A stretch of DNA of 64,000 bases from Eledone cirrhosa (lineage: Eukaryota). A model generated the notes under the pieces. The model was given only the letters and a program-made list of their open reading frames with translations. It made no database searches and had not been told where the DNA came from. Of the stretch, positions 49,741-61,600 are shown piece after piece. The stretch spans positions 8,494,001 to 8,558,000 of the forward strand of contig OZ024764.1 in assembly GCA_964016885.1 (NCBI GenBank). Reading direction: 5' to 3'. Each line of letters opens with the position of its first letter. The stretch's first letter is position 1. A program made the translations under genes and the position numbers.

Positions 49741-49949
49741 AACAACATCCAGAATAATGGTAGAAGTGATTGAGGACCCTGTCTTCACGACCCCTCAGGA
49801 GTAAATGGGAGAAATGACTTAAACACTGTTCACTTTCCTGACATTTGTACATAATTTTATGTACTATACATGCACCTTTGACGAGTTGTAGTGCACCTGA
49901 GCACTGTACACAATAATTTCAGGTGAATTGGCAGTATCGGTATGTTTAG

Positions 49950-50169
49950 CCCTTTAGCATTCACATTACTCTATATATACTATTGTATTTTCACAGTAAA
50001 GGCTTTATTTTACATAATATCTCACATAATTTCAAATCTATGAGATTTTGATATTATTTATTTTGAGAACAACACCTTAACATCAGTATAAGCAGTTGGT
50101 TACAGCTGGTTTGAACAGAAAGAGGCGAGAGAATTCTGGCCAGATATGGCCGGTTTAAATGCTAAAGGG
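49950..50169. mobile_element. piggyBac-like MITE
   Basis: TIRs CCCTTTAGCATT / AATGCTAAAGGG with TTAG/TTAA flanks; an inverted sister copy at 63030-63236. Confidence 0.7.
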
Positions 50170-51152
50170 TTAACAGGAAAAAACTGTTAGTGGTGGAAAT
50201 TTCCAGCACTCTAGGTTCCCACACCACTTCCGTACTCACTGAATGAACCCCTTGAAGTGATCTGGCTTCTTACAAAGCTAGTGATGGAGAGTTCAGGCAT
50301 TCTGGGTTCCCAAATCTATAGCAGTGGAGATCTCGAGCATTTGGGGTCCCTATGCCACCTACCACCTTAGGGCAGAGTTGGCTACCTGCAGGAGTGAACT
50401 AGCATCTTGTTAAACCCTTAGCAGTAGAGACTTCTGTTCTAAATAAAACACACAGTCCACGCTGTAATGTGGTCGTGTAGGTAAGATGGTAAAAGGCTCC
50501 CAGCCCACACTGTAAATATGGTTGGTGCTAGGAAGGGCATCCAGCCATAGATAACCTGCCAGATATAGTCCTACACGAGCGAGACACGGTCACCCGACCA
50601 ATCTTGCCTCAAATGGGACAATTCCCGTCTAACCCATGCTAGCGTGGAAGATAGACGCTAAACGATGATGATGATGATATATATAATTGTTTCTACTTTT
50701 GGCACAAGGCCAGCAGTTACTCAGTACATTACTGGTACTTCAATTTATCGACCCCGTAAGGATGAAAGGCAAAGTCAACCTCGACGGGATTTGAACTCAT
50801 ACCGTAAAGGGACGTAACTATGCTAGAAAGCATGGAGTCCAACCCTCTACCGATACTGCCAATTCACCAATGTTTCCATATCTATAGCATAAAAAGTAGA
50901 TATAAAAAAGATAATTGTTTCTACTTTAGGCACAAGGCCAGCAATTACCCAGTGCATTACTGGTACTTTATTTTATCGACCCCGTAAGGATGAAAGGCAA
51001 AGTCAACCACGGCGGGATTTGAACTCAGATCGTAAAGGGACGTAACTATGCTGGAAAGCATGGCGTCCGACCCTTTACCAATACTGCCAATCCACCGCCC
51101 TGATATAAAAAAGATAATGATGATTTGCTGGCAGCATATCACAAAATCAAAT

Positions 51153-51242
51153 TTCATCTGAGGATATCGTTCTCATAACAACAACAAATGCATGAATTAC
51201 ATCTTGATTGCATGGGAGAACCGTTGAAATAATTACAATGAA
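51153..51242 (+). ncRNA. Degenerate hammerhead motif (U16.1C)
   Basis: TTCAT-CTGAGGA-[TATCGTTCTC...GAGAACCGTT]-GAAA-TAATTA-CA-ATGAA. Confidence 0.6.
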
Positions 51243-52242
51243 TAAATGATTTATGTAACATCAGCATCTTTATTAATGTTATTATTATACTGAATCTCCA
51301 TCGCAACTACGAATGTTGAGAGCTTTCTCCTACTTGTTCCTGTTTGTACCAAAATAATCTATTCGGAATATATATATATATATATATATATATAGGAAAA
51401 AGTTTAGGACCCCGACAGCAGAGTTCAAGCCGTTTCGACGGCTATTTCTGGACTGCAATAGCCGTCAAAACGGCTTGAGCTCTGCTGTCGGGGTCCTGAA
51501 CTTTTTCCTATTACCCAAAGTATCAAGTACTCTGGTGCGTTATGGTCCACCTGGTTCCTTACCACACTTCCTTCGTTATATATATATATATATATATATA
51601 TGGAGGAGGTTATAGTTCACTTGAAGCATTGTGTAATGAGGTATAAACGTTTCAATATGTATAATAAAGCCAAAACAATGCAGGTATGGACATAGAAAAA
51701 AGAATGCAATTGCAAAAGATATTGTTGACAATAAGGTAAAAGACGAATTGTCAACAATATCTTTTGCAATTGCATTCTTTTTTCTATGTCCATACCTGCA
51801 TTGTTTTGGCTTTATTATACATATTCAAACGTTTATATCATCATCATCATCATCATCATCGTTTAATGTCCATGTTCCACGCTTGCATGGGTTTGGACGG
51901 GAGTTTTCCCACTTGAGGCAAGAGTGGTTGTCTTGCTCGCATAGGACTGTCTGGCGGGTTTTCTACAGTTGGATGCCCTTCCTAACACCAACCACATTTA
52001 CAGTGTGGGACTGGGAGGTTTATAATAAACAACACAATATAATTATTTCATTACCGAAGGTTTCAAGAAACTTTGTCAGAGCTGGAAGTTTCTTGCAAGA
52101 ACCATCTAGTTTCTTGAAACCTTCATTAATGGAATAATTATATTGTGTTGTGTATTATGTAATTAAATAGCTCTGTACTACACATAGAGCACTCTTTTAT
52201 CCTTTACCTTTTCTACTGAAATACTTAACATATATATATGTG

Positions 52243-52312
<70 letters not shown>

Positions 52313-52873
52313 GAGAATGAGAAAAAAAATAATAAAAGAAAAACACCATTGTTGCTTTTTAATCTTTATTCATATTAAATATATACACACAGTATATATA
52401 TTTATATACATCTGTATACACACATTACACATATTCATATACATCTATATACACCATTTACATTATAAATATTTACATATAGACAGTCCAACTCTTGCTA
52501 GCAGGGAAAGCGGACATTAAATGAGGATGATATCTTTAAACACACACACACGCTCCATAAATTTATATACATCTATATACACACTTGCATTATACACATC
52601 TATATATACACATGTTATATTTACACACACACACACACACACAGCTTATGCATTTTTTCAGAAAAATTAACAAACATACACACACACATAACTCTATATA
52701 TAGTTCAAGTTAAAGAAGAGAGGTAGATAATTTATTTCAGATAGAAATGACTGATACAGGACTAGAACTGTTTCATTTGTTTGGAATCATAAGGACTTCA
52801 AACAAATGAAACTGTTCTAGTGCTGTTGATGTCACCTCTATATAAAATAAATACAAACTATATATATATATTC

Positions 52874-52971
52874 ATTTTATTAGGGCTAAATAGAGAGCCT
52901 TATCTGATAACCCCGTGATAAATAGGCGAAACTCCAGAGTAACAAGACTCCCTATTTAGCCTGAATAAAAT
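52874..52971 (+). ncRNA. Degenerate hammerhead motif (G8A) with long stem I
   Basis: GCTAAATAGAGAGCCTTAT-CTGATAA-..AGGC-GAAA-CTCCAGAG-TA-ACAAGACTCCCTATTTAGC. Confidence 0.55.
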
Positions 52972-53199
52972 TAATATTTAAACTCTACTTTTGTATTGAG
53001 TACTTTCTCTCAGCTGTCAGCCACATAGGAAAATATATATATATATGTGTGTATATACATATATACACACACATACACATATATATATATATCTATAGAT
53101 AGATATGGATATTAGAGAAAAATTAGATATATATATAAAATAGGCATTTATTTTTACATGTAGAAAATAAATGTTATTTTGATATATATATGGGCTCCG

Positions 53200-54135
53200 C
53201 ACAACAAAAGCACCCAGTCCACACTGTAGAGTGGTTATGTAGGAGTCATGACAAGAAGCACCCAGTCCACACTGTAAAGTGGTAATGTAGGAGTCATGAC
53301 AAAAAGTTCCCAGTCCACACTGTAAAGTGATCATGTAGGTGTCATGACAAAAAGCACTGTCCACACTGTAAAGTGGTCATGTAGGTGTCACAACAAAAAG
53401 CACCCAGTCCACACTGTAAAGTGGTTGTGTAGGTGTTATAACAAAAAGCACCCAGTCCACACAGTAAAGTGGTCATGTAGGTGTCACATCAAAAAGCACC
53501 CAGTCCACCCTGTAAAGTGGTCGTGTAGGTGTCACAACAAAAAGCACCCAGTCCACACTGTAAAGTGGTCATGTAGGTGTCATGACAAAAAGCACCCAGT
53601 CCACACTGTAAATGTGGTGGCATAAAGAAAGACATCCAGCCATAGGAACCAAGCCAAAATCAGTTCCGTGGGAGTGAAACACAACCCTCCAACCTGATCT
53701 CTCACAAAGGGACAGCTCGTCCTACCCATGCTAGCGTGGAAGAGGGACATTAAATGATGATGATGATGATGTTTGGCTAGTTTCTCTGTTATATTATGCT
53801 CTGAAGTACTTTATCTTCAATTATGCTGACCCTGTATATTGTTTCACCATGTTGGAGTACCTCGACTGGCATCATTGCTAACGGCTATAATACATTGAGC
53901 TTTTTTGTATTATGCCACAACAAAAAGCACCCAACCCGCTCTGTAAAGTGGTTGTGTTGGTTTCATGACAAAAAACAACCAGTCCACACTGTAAAGTGGT
54001 CATGTACGCGTCATGACAAAAAGCGGTCAGTCCACACTGTAAAGTGGTCAAGTACATGTCATGACAAAAAGCACCCAGTCCACTCTGCAAAGTGGTCATG
54101 TAGGTGTCATTACAGAAAGCACCCATTCCACACAG
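53200..54135. repeat. Two further 48-bp RTE-3'UTR arrays
   Basis: Located at 53200-53612 and 53915-54135. Confidence 0.85.
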
Positions 54136-54289
54136 TAAATATAGTCGACATTAGGAAACGAGCAGGCTTCTGTTTCAAAGACAATCCACTCGGGACCATC
54201 CATGGTGGGAATCTAGGATTATACAACATTCATCTGAAGTGTCTTCTCCGTAATAAAACAATGGAGAGAGATCTGAGCAGATACCTTTT

Positions 54290-55480
54290 CAGGGAAGTCT
54301 AACTGCTGTCTCTAGCAGATACACCCACCATACACAGGCTCTAAGTAGCCATATCATTATGAAAAGTTTGCTTTGAGGGAAATTTAGCTGTTGTTTCTAG
54401 CAGATATACAAACCACGTACAGGCTCCCAGTACCATATGGTTATGGAAAGTTTACTTTGAGAGAAATTTAGGTGCTGTTTCTAGCAGATATTCAGACCAC
54501 ATACAGGCTCACAGTAGCCATATGGTTATTGACAGTTTACTTTGAGGGAAATTTAGCTGCTGTTTCTAGTAGATATACAGACTCCTTGTGTCCTTGATAT
54601 AGGACAGAGTAATTTTGAGGGAAATTTAGCTGTTGTTTCTAAAATGTACAGGCTCCCTATATAAAGCAGGAGGGCTTGTGTTAGGGAACATTTAGCTGCT
54701 ATCTCTAGCAGGTCAAGGAGAAATTAGCTGCTATTTATAGCAGATACAGCCACCATGTTATGGCTGCCTGTAGCCTTGACAAGATACTACAGTAGTGTGT
54801 TTTGAAAGAGGAATTAACTGCTTTTTTTTCAGCAGGTCAAGTCACCATGTTATGGCTCCCTATAGCCCTCATATAAGACAGTAGTAGAGTGTGTTTTGAG
54901 GTAGAATTAGCTGTTATTTACAGCAGACTGAAGCACCACGTAGTACCTCCCTGAAGCCCTGATGGATGACACAACAACAGTACCTGCTTTGAGGAGGAAT
55001 TAACTACTTTTTTCAGCAGGTCAATGGCTCCCTATAGCCCTCATATAAGACAGTAGTAGAGTGTGTTTTGAGGGAGAATTAGCTGCTATTTCCAGCAGAC
55101 TGAAGCACCATGTAGTGCTGCCCTGATGGATGACACAACAACAGTACTTTGAGTGCTTTGAGGAGGAATTAACTGCTTTTTTCGGCAGGTCAAGTTGCCA
55201 TGTTATGGCTCCCTATAGCCTTCATGTAAGACAACAGTAAAGTGTGTTTTGAGGGAGAATTAGCTGCTATTTCCAGCAGACTGAAGCACCATGTAGTGGT
55301 TCACTATAGCCTTGACAGACGGCACTGTAGCAGTACCTGCTTTGAGGAAGGGAATTAGCTGATATTTTCAGCAAATTGAAGCACCATGTAGTGGGCCCCC
55401 TGTAGCCTTGTTAGATGACAGGGTCTACTTTGGGAGAAGGGGGGGCTGGGTGGGTAATTAACTGATATTTTCAGCAGACC
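54290..55480. repeat. Old degenerate tandem repeat (GAGGGAAATTTAGCTGCT motif), downstream of the SFSWAP-like stop
   Basis: The motif recurs about 14 times with diverged intervening sequence. Confidence 0.7.
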
Positions 55481-55669
55481 CAGTGAAGTGACAGGGTCTA
55501 CCCCCACCTTGTATGGAGATGAAAGAAGCAAAACACATTCAACCAAAGATGGAGATAAAAAAAAAGGAGTAAAAAAAAAAGGTTTTTCCCTAGCCGAGAT
55601 TTGATCGTAAGACCGGGGCATAACAGTCCCCAAAACAAATATTTCTTCTTCTTCAGGATTTTTCTACTG

Positions 55670-58600
55670 TCATAGTTCAGAAAGGCTTTCCTCTTTCATT
55701 ATGGCCTGTCGGCTGGCTTTCAACATTGCCCTCACTTTTGATAACATAGACTGAAAAATAAAAGAAAAAAAAAACCCCATAAAACATGAGTAAATAATAA
55801 AGGATGCGACAAGTGGAGCGATGCTGTACTGAGAAGGGTCCCTCCAACCCATGCAAGCTTGGAACAATGGACATATGATGATGATGCATTTGTGTATTTA
55901 TGTCACCGAAAGGCTCTGAAACCGTGCATCCTAGAGAAAAACAGATTTGATTTTTGAAATCTGCGCCCCAAGGAGAAGGTTTTCAGGAATATAGGAGTTC
56001 CTAATGGTCATGTAGGTGTCATGACAAAAAGTCAACAAGGGATTAGGGAGGACAAGGGATTAGGAGGGTCAACAAGGGATTAGGGAGGACAACAAGGGAT
56101 TAGGAGAGTCAACAAGGGATTAGGGAGGACAACAAGGGATTAGGGAGGTCAACAAGGGATTAGGGAGGACAAGGGATTAGGAGGGTCAACAAGAGATTAG
56201 GGAGGGTCAACAAGGGATTAGGAGGGTCAACAAGGGATTAGGGAGGGACAACAAGGCATTAGGGAAGACAACAAGGGATTAGGGAGGGACAACAAGGCAT
56301 TAGGAGAGTCAACAAGGGATTAGGGAGGTCAACAAGGGATTAGGGAGGGACAACAAGGCATTAGGGAAGACAACAAGGGATTAGGGAGGACAACAAGGCA
56401 TTAGGGAGGACAAGGGATTAGGAGGGTCAACAAGAGATTAGGGAGGACAACAAGGGATTAGGGAGGGTCAACAAGGGATTAGGGAGGGACAACAAGGCAT
56501 TAGGGAAGACAACAAGGGATTAGCAAGAGTTACTCACCTCAGAAACTGGTTGTTCACTTTTGCTGGTTGCTGCTGTTGCTGTTGCGGTTGTTGTTGTAAT
56601 TGTTTCCAAAGCTGGGGTTGATGGAGGGCTACTGTTGCTGAGGCTGTCTAACCTGGAGGTAGGGTAGTCAAGGCCAGATTCCGGTCTGGAAATAGAGAAA
56701 TATAGGGACCATTTAATAGATGGAGCAATATTTAGGGTGTATTGTCATCATCATCATCACAGTTTTACGATCCATGCTTCCATGCTGGCATGGGTTAGAT
56801 GAGTTGTCCTGCTGTGAGCAATGCTAGATCAGATGACCATGTCTTGTGCATACAGAACTGATTCTGGCTTGGTTTCTACAGCTGGATGCCCTTCCTAACA
56901 CCAACCTCATTTACAGTGTATAAATGAGGTTGGTGTAAAGTAAAGACTAATATTTAATGTGATGTAGTCATAGTGTTGTTTTGTACTAAATGTTTATAGT
57001 ATCTTTACTGGTGGACAGATTGTTGTGAAAATTTACAGTATTACAGTAAAGACTTTAATATTTAATGTGATGTAGTCATAGTGTTGTTTTGTACTAAATG
57101 TTTATAGTATCTTTACTAGTGGACAGATTGTTGTGAATATTTACAGTATTACAGTAAAGACTTTAATATTTAATGTGATGTAGTCATAGTGTTGTTTTGT
57201 ACTAAATGTTTATAGTATCTTTACTAGTGGACAGATTGTTGTGAATATTTACAGTATTACAGTAAAGACTTTAATATTTAATGTGATGTAGTCATAGTGT
57301 TGTTTTGTACTAAATGTTTATAGTATCTTTACTAGTGGACATATTGTTGTGAATATTTACAGTATTACAGTAAAGACTTTAATATTTAATGTGATGTAGT
57401 CATAGTGTTGTTTTGTACTAAATGTTTATAGTATCTTTACTAATGGACAGATTGTTGTGAAAATTTACAGTATTACAGTAAAGACTTTAATATTTAATGT
57501 GATGTAGTCATAGTGTTGTTTTGTACTAAATGTTTATAGTATCTTTACTGGTGGACAGATTGTTGTGAACATTTACAGTATTACAGTAAAGACTTTAATA
57601 TTTAATGTGATGTAGTCATAGTGTTGTTTTGTACTAAATGTTTATAGTATCTTTACTAGTGGACATATTGTTGTGAATATTTACAGTATTACAGTAAAGA
57701 CTTTAATATTTAATGTGATGTAGTCATAGTGTTGTTTTGTACTAAATGTTTATAGTATCTTTACTGGTGGACAGATTGTTGTGAAAATTTACAGTATTAC
57801 AGTAAAGACTTTAATATTTAATGTGATGTAGTCATAGTGTTGTTTTGTACTAAATGTTTATAGTATCTTTACTGGTGGACAGATTGTTGTGAAAATTTAC
57901 AGTATTACAGTAAAGACTTTAATATTTAATGTGATGTAGTCATAGTGTTGTTTTGTACTAAATGTTTATAGTATCTTTACTGGTGGACAGATTGTTGTGA
58001 AAATTTACAGTATTACAGTAAAGACTTTAATATTTAATGTGATGTAGTCATAGTGTTGTTTTGTACTAAATGTTTATAGTATCTTTACTGGTGGACAGAT
58101 TGTTGTGAAAATTTACAGTATTACAGTAAAGACTTTAATATTTAATGTGATGTAGTCATAGTGTTGTTTTGTACTAAATGTTTATAGTATCTTTACTGGT
58201 GGACAGACTGTTGTGAACATTTACAGTATTACAGTAAAGACTTTAATATCTAATGTGGTTTATTTATTTATTCAAATGTTAATAAGATGATGATGATGAT
58301 CTCTAGTGCAAAGACTTTAATATTAGAGTAAAGGTGGATTGGCAGTATCGGTAGAGGGTCGGTCCCCATGCTTTGCAGCGTGGAGTTACAGCCCTTTATG
58401 ATCTAGGTTCAAATCCCAACGAGGTTAACTTTGCTTTTCATCCTTAGGGGGTTGATAAAATAAAGTACCAGTAATGCATGGGGGTAATTGCTGGCCTTGT
58501 GCCAAAAGTAGAAACAATATTAGAGTAAAGAGTTTAATCTTAGAGTAAATACTTTAATATTAGAGTAAAGAGTTTAATCTTAGAGTAAATACTTTAATAT

Positions 58601-61600
58601 TAGAGTAAAGAGTTTAATCTTAGAGTAAATACTTCAATATTAGAGTAAAGAGTTTAATCTTAGAGTAAATACTTTAATATTAGAGTAAATACTTCAATAT
58701 TAGAGTAAAGAGTTTAATCTTAGAGTAAATACTTCAATATTAGAGTAAAGAGTTTAATCTTAGAGTAAATACTTCAATATTAGAGTAAAGAGTTTAATCT
58801 TAGAGTAAATACTTCAATATTAGAGTAAAGAGTTTAATCTTAGAGTAAATACTTTAATATTAGAGTAAATACTTTAATATTAGAGTAAATACTTCAATAT
58901 TAGAGTAAAGAGTTTAATCTTAGAGTAAATACTTCAATATTAGAGTAAAGAGTTTAATCTTAGAGTAAATACTTCAATATTAGAGTAAAGAGTTTAATCT
59001 TAGAGTAAATACTTTAATATTAGAGTAAATACTTTAATATTAGAGTAAATACTTCAATATTAGAGTAAAGAGTTTAATATTAGAGTAAATACTTCAATAT
59101 TAGAGTAAAGAGTTTAATCTAAGAGTAAATATTTTAATATTAGAGTAAATACTTCAATATTAGAGTAAAGAGTTTAATCTTAGAGTAAATACTTTAATAT
59201 TAGAGTAAATACTTTAATATTAGAGTAAATACTTCAATATTAGAGTAAAGAGTTTAATATTAGTCCAAATCCTGTGGAGGTTAATGCACTGGGGTCGATG
59301 TAATTGACTTTCCCCTTCCCCACCAAAATTGTTTGCCTTGTAAGGACTAAATACTAGAGCTAAGACTTTGAGTAAAAATGATGAGACAGAAAGGAAGTCA
59401 ACTTACTTGAGTGTAAGGTCCACAAAGGGTTCAGTCCTGGGTGAATCCTTTTCCCTGGTCTCTGGAATCCGTTTCCGGGAACTTTCTCGCTTGGAGCTTC
59501 GGTCTTTTGACTCCCTCTTCGATTTACTGCTGGTCTTACTGGAGTGTTTGTCACTGTCCACCCGCAACAGCTTCTGTTGTTTCTTACTGGGAGACCTGAG
59601 ACAAGAAAAAGGGGGAACATTCTTGACCGGTTCACAGTTTATATACAGGGATATGGTAAGAAGTGAGGAGTTACTAGGGGCCTACATTGTAGACCTGTTC
59701 ACAGTTTATATACAGGGATATGGTAAGAAGTGAGGACTTACTAGGGGCCTACATTGTAGACCTGTTCACAGTTATATACAGAGATATGGTAAGAAGTGAG
59801 GACTTACTAGGGGCCTACATTGTAGACCTGTTCACAGTTATATACAGGGATATGGTAAGAAGTGAGGACTTACTAGGGGCCTACATTGTAGACCTGTTCA
59901 CAGTTATATACAGGGATATGGTAAGAAGTGAGGACTTACTAGGGGCCTACATTGTAGACCTGTTCACAGTTATATACAGGGATATGGTAAGAAGTGAGGA
60001 CTTACTAGGGACCTACATTGTAGACCTGTTCACAGTTATATACAGGGATATGGTGACAAGCAAGGCGTTACTAGGGGCCTACATTGTAGACCTGTTCACA
60101 GTTTATATACAGGGATATGGTAAGAAGTGAGGACTTACTAGGGGCCTACATTGTAGACCTGTTCACAGTTATATACAGGGATATGGTGACAAGCAAGGCG
60201 TTACTAGGGGCCTACATTGTAGACCTGTTCACAGTTTATATACAGGGATATGGTGATAAGTGAGGAGGTACTAGGGGCCTACATTGTAGACCTGTTCACA
60301 GTTTATATACAGGGATATGGTGACAAGCAAGGAGTTACTAGGGGCCTACATTGTAGACCTGTTCACAGTTTATATACAGGGATATGGTGACAAGCAAGGA
60401 GTTACTAGGGGCCTACATTGTAGACTTGTTCACAGTTTATACACAGGGATATGGTGACAAGCAAGGAGTTACTAGGGACCTACATTGTAGACCTGTTCAC
60501 AGTTTATATACAGGGATATGGTGACAAGCAAGGAGTTACTAGGGGCCTACATTGTAGACTTGTTCACAGTTTATACACAGGGATATGGTGACAAGCAAGG
60601 AGTTACTAGGGGCCTACATTGTAGACCTGTTCACAGTTTATATACAGGGATATGGTGACAAGCAAGGAGTTACTAGGGGCCTACATTGTAGACCTGTTCA
60701 CAGTTTATATACAGGGATATGGTGACAAGCAAGGAGTTACTAGGGGCCTACATTGTAGACCTGTTCACAGTTATATACAGGGATATGGTGACAAGCAAGG
60801 AGTTACTAGGGGCCTACATTGTAGACCTGTTCACAGTTATATACAGGGATATGGTAACAAGCAAGGCGTTACTAGGGGCCTACATTGTAGACCTGTTCAC
60901 AGTTATATACAGGGATATGGTAAGAAGTGAGGAGTTACTAGGGGTCTACATTGTAGACCTGTTCACAGTTTATATACAGGGATATGGTGACAAGCAAGGC
61001 GTTACTAGGGGCCTACATTGTAGACCTGTTCACAGTTTATACACAGGGATATGGTGACAAGCAAGGAGTTACTAGGGGCCTACATTGTAGACCTGTTCAC
61101 AGTTATATACAGGGATATGGTAAGAAGTGAGGAGTTACTAGGGGCCTACATTGTAGACCTGTTCACAGTTTATACACAGGGATATGGTGACAAGCAAGGA
61201 GTTACTAGGGGCCTACATTGTAGACCTGTTCACAGTTATATACAGGGATATGGTAAGAAGTGAGGAGTTACTAGGGGCCTACATTGTAGACCTGTTCACA
61301 GTTTATATACAGGGATATGGTGACAAGCAAGGAGTTACTAGGGGCCTACATTGTAGACCTGTTCACAGTTATATACAGGGATATGGTAAGAAGTGAGGAG
61401 TTACTAGGGGCCTACATTGTAGACCTGTTCACAGTTTATATACAGGGATATGGTGACAAGCAAGGAGTTACTAGGGGCCTACATTGTAGACCTTTTCACA
61501 GTTTATACACAGGGATATGGTGATAAGTGAGGAGGTACTAGGGGCCTACATTGTAGACCTGTTCACAGTTTATATACAGGGATATGGTGACAAGCAAGGA

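Noticed and set aside
54290-55480. Recurrent motif with variable spacers, superficially CRISPR-like
   Set aside because: The context is eukaryotic, the spacers are homologous to one another and there are no cas genes; it is an old degenerate tandem repeat.
59720-61523. Repeated ORFs MVRSEDLLGAYIVDLFTV
   Set aside because: They come from the intronic 66/67-bp minisatellite; frames break with unit-length variation.
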